DNA of 63,150 nucleotides, the filler included, from Chiloscyllium plagiosum (lineage: Eukaryota), in NCBI RefSeq assembly GCF_004010195.1. It is 6 parts of one record of this genome, joined end to end, with 100 filler letters (N's around TTAATTAATTAA, not from the genome) between each part and the next. Parts side by side here need not be neighbours in the genome. Positions count along the whole stretch, not along the records: positions 11,225 to 20,756 come from NC_057717.1; positions 20,857 to 31,719 come from NC_057717.1; 4 more parts are not named here. One strand, 5' to 3'. A program made the position numbers and the translations under genes. Shown here in pieces: positions 13,134 through 25,843 of the stretch. How positions within the stretch are numbered: the first letter of the stretch is position 1; every line of letters begins with the position of its first letter. The notes under the pieces were generated by a model. It ran no database searches. It was not told the origin of the DNA and saw only the letters and a list, made by a program, of their open reading frames with translations.

Positions 13134-14055
13134 CATCTCCCCTTCTCGCAAATTCTGTCTCTCACAGGGCGAAATTCTGGCTGGAAGCATGTCTTACGCA
13201 TCAACATGTATTCATCTGCTAATTCTCCTGCCCTTCTCAATTCCTGAAATTTCTGCTCCTCCACATGAATTCGTATCATCTCTGGAAGTGAATTCTTCAA
13301 CTCCTTCAGCAGAACAATCAACATTAGAGCCTCATATGTCGTATCTATCTTTAAAGCAAATATCCATCTATCAAAATGCCTATGTTTAGTTATTTCAATC
13401 TCAAGATAAGTCTGACCTGGTTCCTCCTTTTTGTTTCTATACTGCTGTTTATATGTCTCTGGCACCAGTTTGTGAGCACTTCAAATAACTTGTTTGACGT
13501 CTTCAGAATCTCTTAACTCCTCATCTGACAGTGGTGAATATACTTCACGCACCCTACCTACCAGTTTATTCCGAGCAAGCATTCCCCATGATTCCATCTC
13601 CCCTTCTCGCAAATTCTGTCTCTCACAGGGCGAAATTCTGGCTGGAAGCTTGTCTTGTGCAGCAACATGTATTCATCTGCTAATTCTCCTGCCCTTCTCA
13701 ATTCCAGAAATTTCTGCTCCTCCACATGAATTCGTATCATCTCTGGAAGTGAATTCTTCAACTCCTTCAGCAGAATAATCAACATTAGAGCCTCATATGT
13801 CGTATCTATCTTTAAAGCAAATATCCATCTATCAAAATGCTTATGTTTAGTTATTTCAATCTCAAGATAAGTCTGACCTGGTTCCTCCTTTATGTTTCTA
13901 TACTGCTGTTTATATGTCTCTGGCACCAGTTTGTGAGCACTTCAAATAACTTGTTTGACGTCTTCAGAATCTCTTAACTCCTCATCTGACAGTGGTGAAT
14001 ATACTTCACGCACCCTGCCTACCAGTTTATTCCGAGCTAGCATTCCCCATAATTC
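13134..14055. repeat. 461-bp tandem duplication of the SCAN-like gag segment
   Basis: 13134-13594 and 13595-14055 are nearly identical; ORFs 13001-13465 and 13558-13926 give near-identical proteins. Confidence 0.95.
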
Positions 14056-14097
14056 CTTGGACCATTCTACCTGCCTAGCGAAGTGTTCAATGAAATA

Positions 14098-14377
14098 AGA
14101 TTAGAAGGGCAGCAAACGGGCCCTTCGGCCCGATAAGACCACACCAAAGCGCAACCCACCCCTCCCCCTTTGGGCAATTTAACATGGCCAATTCACCTAA
14201 CCCGCACATCTTTGGATTGTGGGAGGAAACCGAAGCATCCGGAGGAAACCCACGTAAACACGGGGAGAATGTGCAAACTCCACACAGTCAGTAGCCTGAG
14301 GCGGGAATTGAAGCCGGGAGTCTGGTGTTGTGAGGCAGCACCTCTAACCACTGTGCCACTGTGCCACCGTGCCGCCC
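14098..14377 (-). mobile_element. HE1-type V-SINE inserted in the Gypsy gag
   Basis: Reverse complement of the HE1 head and V-domain; the A-box octamer ccactgtg is tandemly repeated at 14348-14371. Confidence 0.9.
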
Positions 14378-15078
14378 ATCACCTCTACTGCTTCAACATT
14401 TTGCTCAACAAAATGTGCCAGTTTTAACATAGTTGTATGTATCACTATCTTACCTTTTAATCTCCATCCTGTTTACTTGACTTTGCTCACTAAATCGCAA
14501 CATCTCAAGTTCAAATTCTCTCTCTTTTTGCTCAGCTGCGAACCTTCTCTTTCCCTTTTCTCTTTCTCTCTCTTCTGTCTTGCTTTCTGTTTTTTTTCTC
14601 TCTCTCTCTTTCTATCTCCCTTTGTTTATCTTTAAACTCAATTTTCCTCAATTGCAATGTATTTTTTTCACTGTATTGTACTTGTCGGTTTCTCTGACAC
14701 ACCTTCGTGATTGAGTAATTCCCTGACAATTTCAGCTTTACATTTGTCCTTCGTTAAACACAAAACAATGCTTTTCACTAATTCTAAAAGTTTGGCCTTT
14801 ATCTTTCTTTCTAAACTTTCTTGGCAAATTTGAGGATCATCCACAAACCTCTCTGAAACTTTTAAGCGCCATTTCTCTCACTTTTAATTTAACCAACCAC
14901 AAGTTATCGAAATTAAACAATTTTTCTCCATGAAATTTTATTTAAAGATCTCAGACACTAACATGCAAATATTTAAATATGCTGTGCTTTTTTCGTACCT
15001 CAAATCTATTCAAATCTAACCAGATCTCAGTTTGGATTTGTCTAAACCTGTTCAAATCGCGGACGAAAACCCCCAAAC

Positions 15079-15712
15079 TGTTACAACACAGGGTTAACAC
15101 CTCTTCTAATTTAAACCAGCCACACAGAATAAGTTCACCTCATGCCGTAATCTCATAAATTTCGAGAGGCAAAGATTCATTTACAGACTCATTATTTAAA
15201 GTAAAATTAACAACTTTGTTATTTAAGTACGACAGAGAATAATAAAACAAGCAACTAATTAGAAATCCCTTCGATTAAACGTATCTTTTACCTCCCACTC
15301 TACAATACTGGTCTGATGAAACAAAAAAAAACCGACTAAGGTTTGCAAAAAGTATAATCGTGTTTCAAAACCAGTCAGCTTTGTCGATTCTCCTTTGTAG
15401 ATTTTGCTTTGTAGATGTTACTCTCGGTCAGGTTCGATGTTCTGCTGTGTAAACTTCTTATACACAGGCACCTTCAGGAAGCTCTTCAGCTCGCAGTCTA
15501 TTTTTGTGGATGTCCTTGGCAGTTGACCCCCTAAGTATTCAAATGTCCGGTTTAAACGGACTGGTCGAATTTCAATTGGTTTTTGTTCCGTGGCAACTCA
15601 GCCTCGCTATTGATTTCACGATCTAATGTTACATTTTAACTTCTTTCAGAATACTTTCTGCCAGCTTCCAGTCTCTCTTAAAGGTAACATATACCTCTAC
15701 ACGTTCATAACA
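15079..15712 (-). repeat. 5' LTR of Gypsy element 1
   Basis: Bounded by tgttac..ataaca and directly adjacent to the PBS. Confidence 0.75.
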
Positions 15713-16419
15713 ATATCCCTATTCTGCCCTGCATAGCTTTCCATAAATTTGATCAACTTAGAAAGTTCACATAATAGCCTTTTCTGTTAGAAAAAAAGAC
15801 CCATTTTCTCTCACTCTCCCTTTATATAAATATATCTTTTCAGTTATCATTCCAATTACTTACAATGTTACTGGTATTCTACGACAAAGTAATGCATTGT
15901 GTTGAGATGAAAGAATGTGAGGTAATCACATTCCCATATGAAGGAGTAAAATGCAACATTTCGAAGCTTTCCGATATCAAAAGTGATTTAAAAATATCCT
16001 TTATTCCTGAATTGGGAAAGTGAACAAGTGATGTTCATAGACTGAACAGCAGTAATTTAATGAAACTTTACTGGCATTATTGAACGACCAACTATTTAGT
16101 TTTCTCCCTAGAGTTTAAATACAGCTGTTTTTTTTGTAATTTTCCAATTCGTTTTTATCAATATACACTCATCATCGGTGACAAAACCAGAAGTTGCTTG
16201 GAATGTTCAGTAGTTCTGGCAGTATCTGTTGTGAGAAAGCAGATTCAACATAATGTAGAGGAATGGGTCTGGGTTGTTTATTTTTTTGCCAATTGTTGTC
16301 GGTTACATACATTAGTCAGGGTTAAATGCAGAGTAATAGAATACGGGAATGGGTCAGGTGGGTTACTCTTTGGAAGGTCAGCGTGGACGTTTCCCCACCA
16401 TAGGGATTCTACGGTTGTA

Positions 16420-16850
16420 TGATTTCTTCATAAAAAGGGCAGTCGGTGCCAGGAGCAAGAATGTCTCTGAGCATGCTCAGGGCATATTGAAGTGGGAGGG
16501 TAAAAAGCCAGCCGTTGTGGTTCACATTGATACCAATGATATCGGTAAGAAAAGTGAAAGGTTGCAAGGTCCTGCAAAGGAAGTTCAGGGAGTTAGGAGT
16601 AAGTTTAAAATCAGGATCTCTGGGGATGTAATCTTGGGATTTCTCCCTGTACCACCTGAAAGTGAGACAAAGAAGAGTTGAATATGTGGCAAAGAGCTAG
16701 TTTGGGAGGACTGTTTCTGAGTTTTGAATGATTCGAATCGTGTCCAGTGCACGTGGGAACTGTACAAAAAAAAAGTGTGCACTTTAACTGGAGGGGCCCC
16801 AACATCCTGGAAAGAAGGTGTGATTGCGCAGATTTAAACTGATGATATAG
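16420..16850 (+). mobile_element. CR1 ORF1 esterase (SGNH-like) fragment
   Basis: GARSKNVSEHAQGILKWEGKKPAVVVHIDTNDIGKK..VILGFLPVP matches the CR1 ORF1 esterase pattern (VVHIGTND). Confidence 0.8.
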
Positions 16851-17242
16851 GAGGCTGGGAACCAAAGCAGCAGGTCAGAAACTGAGCAGAAAGTAAAGGT
16901 TAGTCGAATAAACAGACAGAGCCAGTTTAATGACCATGCTGAGGGAAGGAATCATAACAATGTAAAAACTTTGAAAGTGGTCTAATCATTAATCTGTAAA
17001 CTGTAGAAAACACTTTCCTATTTCTAAATGTATTTCGTTTTCAAATATTTCAAGATTTATATTGCCTCCCCCACTATGTGACGTTGATGCAGAGATTTGT
17101 TTTGTGATCCAGGTTTCCCGTTCCTCGTGCTTCAGTTTCGCAGTCTGTTCATTGAAATAATACACAGTTAACCCATTCAACTCGCCAAGGTGCTGAAACA
17201 GATACATTTTCCCAACTATGATCCAAACACCAATATTTAGAA

Positions 17243-17710
17243 AGAACAAAGAACAAAGAAAATTTACAGCTCAGGAACAGGCCCTTCAGCGCTCCAAACG
17301 TACTGTCTAACACTGTCGCCCAATTCCTAAGCTGTATCTCTCTGCTCCCCACCTATCATGCACCTGTCCAGACGCATCTTAAAAGAATCTACCGTGCCTG
17401 CCCATACCACCTCTGCTGGCAACGCGTTCCAGACATCCACCAACCTCTATGTGAAGCAACTGCCATGTGTATCCACCTAAAACATTTCACTCTCAGCTTG
17501 AAAGTGTGACGTCTTGTTATTGAATCCTTCAACCTGGGAAAAGCTTATCTCCATCTATGCTGTCGATATCCTTCATGATTTTGTAAAACTCAATCAGGTC
17601 CCCCCTCAATCTCCTTTTTTCTACTGAAACAAACCAAACCTACTCAACTGCTCTTCACAGCTAACACCTTCCATACCGGGCAACATCTATGTAAACCTTC
17701 TCTGCAACTT
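17243..17710 (-). mobile_element. CR1 LINE 3' end
   Basis: Tail (agaacaa)n at 17243-17260 and the reverse complement of LRGDLIE..WNALP. Confidence 0.85.
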
Positions 17711-17789
17711 CTGCGGTGGCTATTCCTCTATCAAAATGATTTTCAGTTTTTAGAACTGCTGAAGAGGATTGTCTGTCTGAGGAAAATGC

Positions 17790-19260
17790 CAGAGCAATCA
17801 ATTTTTGACACTTGGAATGATTCTCATGTTCGGCAGCGTTTGAGAAGATTTAGGAGAATTATTGCTACAGTGGACTCTTCTTTCAGGGGCATCAACAGGA
17901 GATTCTGTGGCAGTGACCATAGATTTAGGATAGTTTGTTGCTTTCTCTGTGCCAGGATTAAGAACGTCTCGAAACATTTCAAGAAATTGTTAAAGGGAGG
18001 CTGAGCAGTCAAAAGGTATAGTACATATCGGTAGGAATTATATTTTTAGGGAAAGATTATGGCAGTACAAAATAAATTTAAGAGGTGAGGTCGAAGATTG
18101 GAAATAAAATCTTAAAAGTAGTAATTTCTGGTTTACGCCCAATGTCAAACTGAACTGAGAGAGAGCAACAAGTTAAAGGAGAAAACTCGATGGCTGAAGA
18201 GCTACTGTGTTGTTGAAGGATTTATATTTTTGGGAGATTGGAATCTAATTTAAAATAGAGAAGACCTGATCAGTTAAAACATGTGGCCAGTATTAAACAT
18301 AAGACAGTAAATATCACTTTGAAGAGATTGCACAAAATTCTTATACGTGAAAAAATGTCCAGTGAAAAAATATTCATAGAAATTAAAAATAAGAAAGGAA
18401 AGAGCACACAGGTGGTATTGCACCATGCGCTCTCCAACGGTAAGAAAGAAATTGAGAATCGAACATGCAGGGGAATCTCGGATATATGTAAGCTTAATAT
18501 GGTTGTAATAACGGGGGATTTTAAATTTCGAAAAACTGACTAAGACTACCACAGTGTTAAAGGGTTGGATGGTGAAGAAATTGTACAATGTGTCCACGAA
18601 AAGTTTCTTTAACAATATGTAGATGATCCTAATAGAGAAGGAGCAAAACCAGACCAACTGTTGGGCAATGGGCAGGGGAAGTGACTCAAGTAAATGTGAG
18701 GGAATATTTTGGATATTTCAATCATAACTCTATTAGTTCCATAGTGGTTATGCAAAAGAATAAGCCTTTCATGATTACTTTTTTTTAATTGGTGTATCAT
18801 AAATTTTAATGGCATGGAACAAGGACTTTCCAAGTTTGATTGGAGTAGACTACTGGCAGTTAAAACGATGTCTGACAAGTGTGAGGCGTTCAACAGTGTG
18901 ACGACGAGAGTTGAGAGGCATTATGTTCCAGTTAGAGTGATGGATAAGGCTGGTAGGGTTAAGGAACAATGGAAAACTACAGTTATTGAGGTTTTTTTTC
19001 CAAGAATCAAAGAAAATCTTACTTTAGTTATAGACACTTTGTTCAAGTGAGTAAAGTTAATCAATGTAAAGAATGTGGGGCATTATTTCGAGAGAAATCA
19101 GGAAAACAAAAAGGAGATATGAGATAGCATGGGCCAAAAAGTTTAAGGATAATCCAAAAATATTGTGCAACTACATGAAGAGCAACAGGGTAACCACAGA
19201 GGGGGTAAAGCCGCTCAAATATCATAAAGGATATTGATGTGTTGAACACAGGAGATGGGG
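17790..19260 (+). mobile_element. Degenerate CR1 LINE, ORF1 esterase plus ORF2 endonuclease
   Basis: DSSFRGINRRFCG..VCCFLCARIKNVS; then VVITGDFKF, QYVDDPNREGA, LSKFDWSRLL. Confidence 0.85.
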
Positions 19261-19289
19261 AATAAAATCATCCCAATCTTGGTGCATCA

Positions 19290-19610
19290 GACAGCAACAA
19301 ACACACATTATTGTCTGCACCTCGCATTCATCCAGATTGAACTCTCTCTGCTATTTGTCAGCATATTGACCCATTTGATCAAGATCACTTTGTAATTATA
19401 GAAAACCTTCTTCACTGTCCATTGTGCCACCAGTTTTGGTGTCATCTGCAAACTTACTAACTGTGCTTTCCATATTCTTATGCAAAACATTTACATAAAT
19501 GACAAACATTGAAAACCTAGAACCAACCTCTGTGGAATCCTGCTGGGCACAAACCTCCAGTCCAAAAAAGTAACTGCCCACTACTGCACGCTATTTCCTG
19601 ACATTGCACC
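19290..19610 (-). mobile_element. CR1 RT fragment
   Basis: STVSKFADDTKTGG in ORF 19396-19581. Confidence 0.85.
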
Positions 19611-20156
19611 AATTGAAAGTTCTGGAGAGAAACTCCACAGTTCTGGAAGTATCGGGGCATAGAAAAATGGAATTAACTTTTCTTTAATCCAATTTGACTT
19701 GTTCAGAACAGGTTCATTTCAGAATCGATATGTTAACTTCGTGTCTCTGCCCAGATCCTGCGTCATCTGTTGCATTTCTCCATCATTTTGCATTTGCATT
19801 TCATATTTCCACTATCACTAATATTTTGCATAATTGTTTGATTGGCCTAGATGTTGAATCCGGTTATATTTGGACAATATCTCCAGTCCTGTTTCCATTA
19901 TTTGTGCCAGTGACACATGTATTACACTGGATTCGGTTCCTTCTTTCAGTTATGAAAATAAATGCATGGATCTCATCAAAGTTATTTTGATTTAAAAGGC
20001 ATTTGAGATACAGTTACACTTGAAGAAAAAATAGGAATAGTTTATTAATTATGACATTGTCTGCGCGTTTTATGGCCAAAATTGTCTCCTCAATCTCTGA
20101 ACATTTTCAATACGTTTCTCTGAATAATTTCAGCAAAGATGGTTGGAATGCAGCCC

Positions 20157-20221
20157 ATCATCTCTGTATCAGCTCAGTATGAGTTGTATCATCTCTGTAT
20201 CAGCTCAGTATGAGTTGTATC
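20157..20221. repeat. 31-bp tandem duplication
   Basis: atcatctctgtatcagctcagtatgagttgt occurs twice. Confidence 0.95.
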
Positions 20222-20265
20222 CTCACTCTTACTCTGCTATAACTCCCTGTAACCCCATCTGAATA

Positions 20266-20756
20266 TCCATAAAACCATATGACCAAGGAGGGGAAGTAAG
20301 GCCATTCAGCGCAACGAATCCACTCCGCCATTCAATCATGGCTGATGGGCATTTCAATTCCAGTTACCCACATTCTACCCATAGCACTTAATTCCTTGTG
20401 ACATCAAGAATTTATCAATCTCTGCCTTGAAGACATTTAGCGTCCCGGCCTCCACTGCACTCTGCGGCAATGAATTCCACAGGCCCACAACTCTCTGGCT
20501 GAAGAAATGTCTCCGCATTTCTGTTCTGAATTTACCCCCTCTAATTCGAAGGCTGTGTCCACGGGTCCTAGTCTCCTCGCCGAACGGAAACAATTTCCTA
20601 TCGTCCACCCTTTCCACCCTTATCTTGTAAGTTTCTATTAGATCTCCCCTTACTCTTCTGAACTCCAATGAATGCAATCGCAGTATCCTCAGCCGTTCCT
20701 CGTATGTGAGACCTACCATTCCAGGGATCATCCGTGTGAATCTCCGCTGGACACGC
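20266..20756 (-). mobile_element. Young CR1 LINE 3' end, running into a gap
   Basis: Open frame MIPGMVGLTYEERLRILRLHSLEFRRVRGDLIETYKI..FFSQRVVGLWNSLP, with 3' UTR and short tail. Confidence 0.95.
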
Positions 20757-21169
20757 NNNNNNNNNNNNNNNNNNNNNNNNNNNNNNNNNNNNNNNNNNNN
20801 TTAATTAATTAANNNNNNNNNNNNNNNNNNNNNNNNNNNNNNNNNNNNNNNNNNNNGAAACAGAGGGAAACACATTCATTTTAAATATAGAAGATGTCAT
20901 TACGGGAATGGAAAAGATTGAGATGAATAAGTTAAAGAATTTAAATAATGTAACAAATTGGAGGCGTGACACCATGAAGAGATCCTAACAGAATAAGAAT
21001 GTGAAAATGGAAATTCCACCACATCAGAAACCAAGTTAGATCACGGAGTACAGTGCTGATGAGTGAATGGGTCTCCGTGTGAATTGGGAGACAGTCAGTA
21101 GAATTGAGTTACAGATATTGCAGCTCAAACTGGGCATTCATGTGATGATGTAGATCACAGCAGCAGCAG

Positions 21170-21960
21170 AACTGTGTTCAATCACAATCTGTAACTCTTT
21201 TCCCTGTGATAATCTCTCAATCTACCATTACCATCAAACTGATCCATGGTTCAGGAAGGAGCGTGGGTGAACATACCAGAGTCAGATCCATGTGTACCTA
21301 AACCTGACGACAAACCTTTAAAGCTATGGTACTTGACCGGTTACATTCCAAATAGCAGGACTAACATCTGATAGAGAGGACAAAATTATCTCAAGACCAA
21401 CAGATCAGATCTAAGCTTTGCTGTTTTGCCAATCCAATTATAAATGTGAATGGACTATTAAACAACTCACTGGAGGAGAGGACTCCACAAGTATCTCCAT
21501 CCTAAATAATGGAACAGCTCTTTACATCAGTGTAAAAGATAAGGATATAATGTCTTCACCATTAGCCAGGATTTTTGAGTGGATGACCCACCTCACCATC
21601 ATCTTGATGCCCTCAGAATCACAGATGGCAGTCTTTAAACAAATTGATTTTCTGCACGTGACATGAAGAAACATCTGAACACAGTAGATACGACAAAGGC
21701 AACGGGCCCTGAGACTATTCCTGCAATAGGACTGAAGACTTGTGCTTTACAACAAGTCGTGTCCCTGGAGAAGCTGTTTCATTCCAGCTCCCACTCTGAC
21801 ATCTCCCTGGCAAGGCGGAAAATTACTCAACTCTGCCAATCCCCTAGAAGGGAAAAACTAAAATCTGTCCAATTACCACCCCCTCAGTCCGATCACTATA
21901 GTCACATTAGTGGCTGTGCTATTTGACAGAGTTGCCAAGCAGCACAGGAATAACCAGCTC
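21170..21960 (+). mobile_element. Non-LTR retrotransposon ORF2 fragment (CR1/L2 group); copies at 31050-31719 and 38150-38930
   Basis: KKHLNTVDTTKATGPETIPAIGLKTCA..LEKLF is the KAxGPD region preceding RT. Confidence 0.8.
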
Positions 21961-22642
21961 AGTATGGCTTCTGATAGGACCCCATGTGGAGATGGTGCTC
22001 TTATGGAAATATCACTGGATTACTAATCCAGACCAGGCTATTGGTCTGGCAGATGGTGGAAGTTAAAAACAATTAATACAATATCGAGATCTAAAATCTG
22101 GTGTCAGGAATAGTGACCTTGAAGCCAATGTCAATTGTAAACAGAATTCCCTTCCCCAGTGTACTTTCAGGAAGTGAGTCTCCCGTGTTTTCCTGGTCTG
22201 CCTAAAAGTGACCCCAGACACACAGACATGTGATAAACTCTTCAATGGTCTCTGAAACTTCCAATCAAGTCACTCAATTGTATCTAACTGCTCATCGTTC
22301 TTAAAGGATAAACCGGGACAGAACACCCGGTCCCAGCCTTGTTGTTGGAATGGGAATGAGAAACACAGTCCTGACATCCCCGCAGAGACCTCCTTCCGAA
22401 CGTCTGAGAGCTTGTGACAATATTTGCAGAGCTATCTCACAGACTGCACAGAAACATCGGGAAAGGAGGAGGTCATTCAACACATTGAGCGTCTCCCATT
22501 CCAGATAGTGGAGAAAATCTCCTCAGTGCGATTTGCCCCGTACAGTGTTCATATCACTTAACATGTTTAAACGTCGGGATATTTAAAATGGAAACTGCTG
22601 TAGTTGCTTTGGTCCATCAATTTTGATCCTCCCTTCAATATA

Positions 22643-23260
22643 CAGGCAGTTCGCCACTAGCGCATGTTTATTAAGCACGACTAGTATGCAACACAATTTG
22701 TGAATTGTGCATCTTCTTTATAAAGCGAGCTCCCATTCACTGTAACGCAATTCCATCCCCGGCACCAGCTGAACAGCAAAACCCAGCCTCAGGATCCTCT
22801 ATCTGCAAACTGCACACTCAGTGTGTTCACTAAAGCAGGAATGCAATCTGTTCTGCAAGCCTTGAAACCGAGACTGAAACTTGGAATTATTGTCTACATT
22901 TAGAAGGACCTTTATTTCAAACCGGAATTCCTTGTCAGCATCATGTGGTCTGTCGGCTCACGTGCTTTCTGATGAAGAGCTTGGTGAAAGGTACAGTGCT
23001 GTAGTCCGTGACTTTAGGGTGAAAGTACAACATTTACGGCATTGTTTCATTACAATATATGATTTAAAGATTTTCTTAGACTATGCTCGTGTGTGTTAGA
23101 TTAACTTAAATTTTTAGTTTTTACTGATTTATTTTTGGGGGGGGTGGGTTGTTTGCCCCTTCCCCACTATTTTCCCATCGACGGCATTGTTAATATTGCA
23201 TGATTTTCTACAACACGGTGTTCCACAGGAATACAACTACCGTCTTATTGGAGAGAAAAA
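22643..23260. mobile_element. Possible Tigger/pogo-like non-autonomous DNA transposon remnant
   Basis: Begins TA-CAGGCAGTTC, is absent from the paralogous position near 39540, and has a degenerate right end. Confidence 0.35.
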
Positions 23261-25843
23261 ACATGAAATTATATCTGATCCTCTATCTTCACACGATACT
23301 CCTGCTCTCTGTCTATCCCTTTAATTTCCAGAAATCCTCATTTATATTCGGTATCTTGGCTTCTACAGCCTTATGTGTCAGAAAATTGTCCAAGTTCAGC
23401 AATCTCTGAGTGAAGATATTTATTCTCATCTCAATGCAGAGTGGCCTATCTGTACCTAATGTTGTGGCCCCTTGTTCTTTGACGTCCCAGTCAGGGGAAC
23501 TATCATCCCTGCTTCCGATCTGTCTCACCCTGTCAGAATTTTAGATATTTCATGGAGATCACCACTCATTTGCCTAAACCCCATGGAATACAGGCCCAGT
23601 CGCCTCAAACTCTGTTCGCACAACAAGCCTGTCTTCCCAGAGATCAGCCTGGTCATCCTTCACTGCTCTCCTTCAATGTCAGATTTGTCCTTTATTGGTA
23701 AGGAGAGCAAAACCGCACAAAATACTGCACAATGTTCGAGATGGGGTTTCACCAAGGACCCTGTCCAGCTGCAGTGAGACATCCTTACTCCTGTACCCAA
23801 ATACTCATGAAATGAATGTCAAAAGGGCTATTTATCTTCCAAACTGCTTTCTGTTCCTGCAAAATTGCTTTCAGTGACTGGTGTACATGGAGATCCAAAT
23901 CCTTTTCAATGTTACAGCTACCCACTTGGTGGGTCTATGCACACTGGTCAGTATGTCAGTGCCATTCCCAGTATTGACTTCTGCTTTCAGAACTCACAGC
24001 CCTGCATGGCCTTCACAGGTCGGCGCAGAAGGAAACAAAATGTAGCTTTCGATCCTTTATAGATCAACACTTTTCAATCAATCCATTTTCAATTGACCTG
24101 CTGGCATTGTATTGTTCCCAACAAAGTGCACAACGTCACATCTCCCCCCTTTGCTCTCCTTCTGCCACGTTGTCGGCCAGTCACTCCAGTTGTCTCAGTC
24201 AGCTTGGAGCTTTTTGACATCCTGCTCACCCACTCACAATCCAACATCGTTTCATGCCATCAGCAGACTTGGGAATATTGCATTTGAGCCCCTCAACCAA
24301 AGATATGATGTGTATTGGGAATAGCTGGTCCGAAACCCTGATCCTTGCTATATCCTCCAAGCCTTCCATTCTAAAAAGAAGTTTTATTCCTACTCACTGT
24401 TCCCTGCAAGCTCTTCCACTCTAAAACCATGACCACATATTAGCCCCAGTCCCATGGATTCAAATTTGCACAACAGGCTTGGGGCTTTATCAAAAATCTT
24501 TCTGAAATCCAATCATAATGCATTGATAGCTTCTCCATAATTTTGCTAAAATTCACATTCTCAAATATGATTCCCATTTCATAAATCTATGTTGACTTTT
24601 TCTATGCCCATTATATTCTGTTACAATACTTTAGCAACTGTTTAGTTACTAATTTCATTCTATTCTCTTTTTCTCACCAGACTAAATTTTCATGCTATTG
24701 CTCGGAATTTTTTTTTTTGCTTTGGTATCTTCTGTGAAGACAGAATATGAAGTAGTTGCTTCATAGTTCTGCCATTTCCCTGTTCTCCATTCTCCATTCT
24801 CTGGTTTCCGGCTGTACTGAGCTGCAATTGCTTTATCTTACCTCTCACACTGGCATATCTTTAGAAGCTATTACAGTTTACTCGCATAACTCTCATTGAT
24901 ATACTCTTCGGAAAAGCATCAATTTCTGTCTTAAACAGTTTAATGATGAGCATTTCACAATCATACAATCACAGAAACACAGACTCCATATCGTTCGAAA
25001 TAAAGCACGATCTATATTAGCCCCACTTTCTGACAGGAGGACCAGAACCATGCATGTTATGACACTGCAAAAACTCGTCCAAGTACTTTGCATTGTTGTG
25101 GAGTTACCCGTAACAACCATTCTCTCTCTTCCAGACCCCAATATCTTCTGGATGACAAAATATCTTTAAATTCTCTCTAAACCTCAAGCACTTCACTTGT
25201 TCTCTTGTTCTTGACTAAAAGGAACAGCTGCTGTCTATCCACTCTGTCCATGCCCCTCGTAATCTTATCTTTCTGAATCACGTCCCCTCAGCCTCCTGTG
25301 CTCCAAAGTAAACAACCGAGTTTATCCAGCCTCTCTCCATTGCTGATTCACTCCATCCCAGGGAACATCCTGGTGAATCCCCACCAAACCTCATCCTCCT
25401 CAGTGTAATGACATCATTTCATAATGTGGCATCCAGAACTGCACACTGCATACCATCTTGCCCTAACCAAACTCCTGTATAACTCTTATAATCTATGTCT
25501 TCGACTCCTAAGCCTTTTTAGCTCGACTATTAACCTGTTCAGCCACATTCAGGGATGTGTGGAAAAGCACCCTCTGAGATTCTTAGTGTTCTGCCATTCA
25601 TTGAGTCCTCCCCTGTCTGGTTCCTTCTACTAAAGTGCATCAACTCATATTTATCAGCGTTACATTCCATCTGCCATCTATCAGCACTTCTGACCATTCC
25701 GTCTGTATCTTCCTGCAACATAAGGCCTTCCTCCTCGCTGCCAACCCGGCCAATCTTTATGTCCAACTCAAACTGATTTATCACACTATCCCCCACTCTC
25801 CCCTCCACATTCTCACATTTATGATAACCATAAATGATAAGGA

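Larger units (their letters stand above)
11225..15712 (-). mobile_element. Gmr1-like Gypsy LTR retrotransposon, degenerate, 3' part lost at a gap
   Basis: 5' LTR 15079-15712 (TG..CA); PBS TGGGGGTTTTCGTCCGCGAT similar to the tRNA-Pro 3' complement; SCAN-like gag (PETYKQQYR..FDRW..LKNSLPEMIRIHVEEQ..LADEY); CCHC remnant YFYCRRLGHRKFQ; protease ILRDRGSNQ; integrase remnants about 11550-12100; RT start at 11225-11500. Confidence 0.9.
21050..25570 (+). repeat. Old paralogous segment (copy C) of 38030-42740
   Basis: Same ordered mosaic of LINE, SINE and CR1 pieces with shared junctions (21975/38950, 22445/39410, 23880/40203, 24730/41862, 25550/42715); roughly 75-80% identity by eye. Confidence 0.85.
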
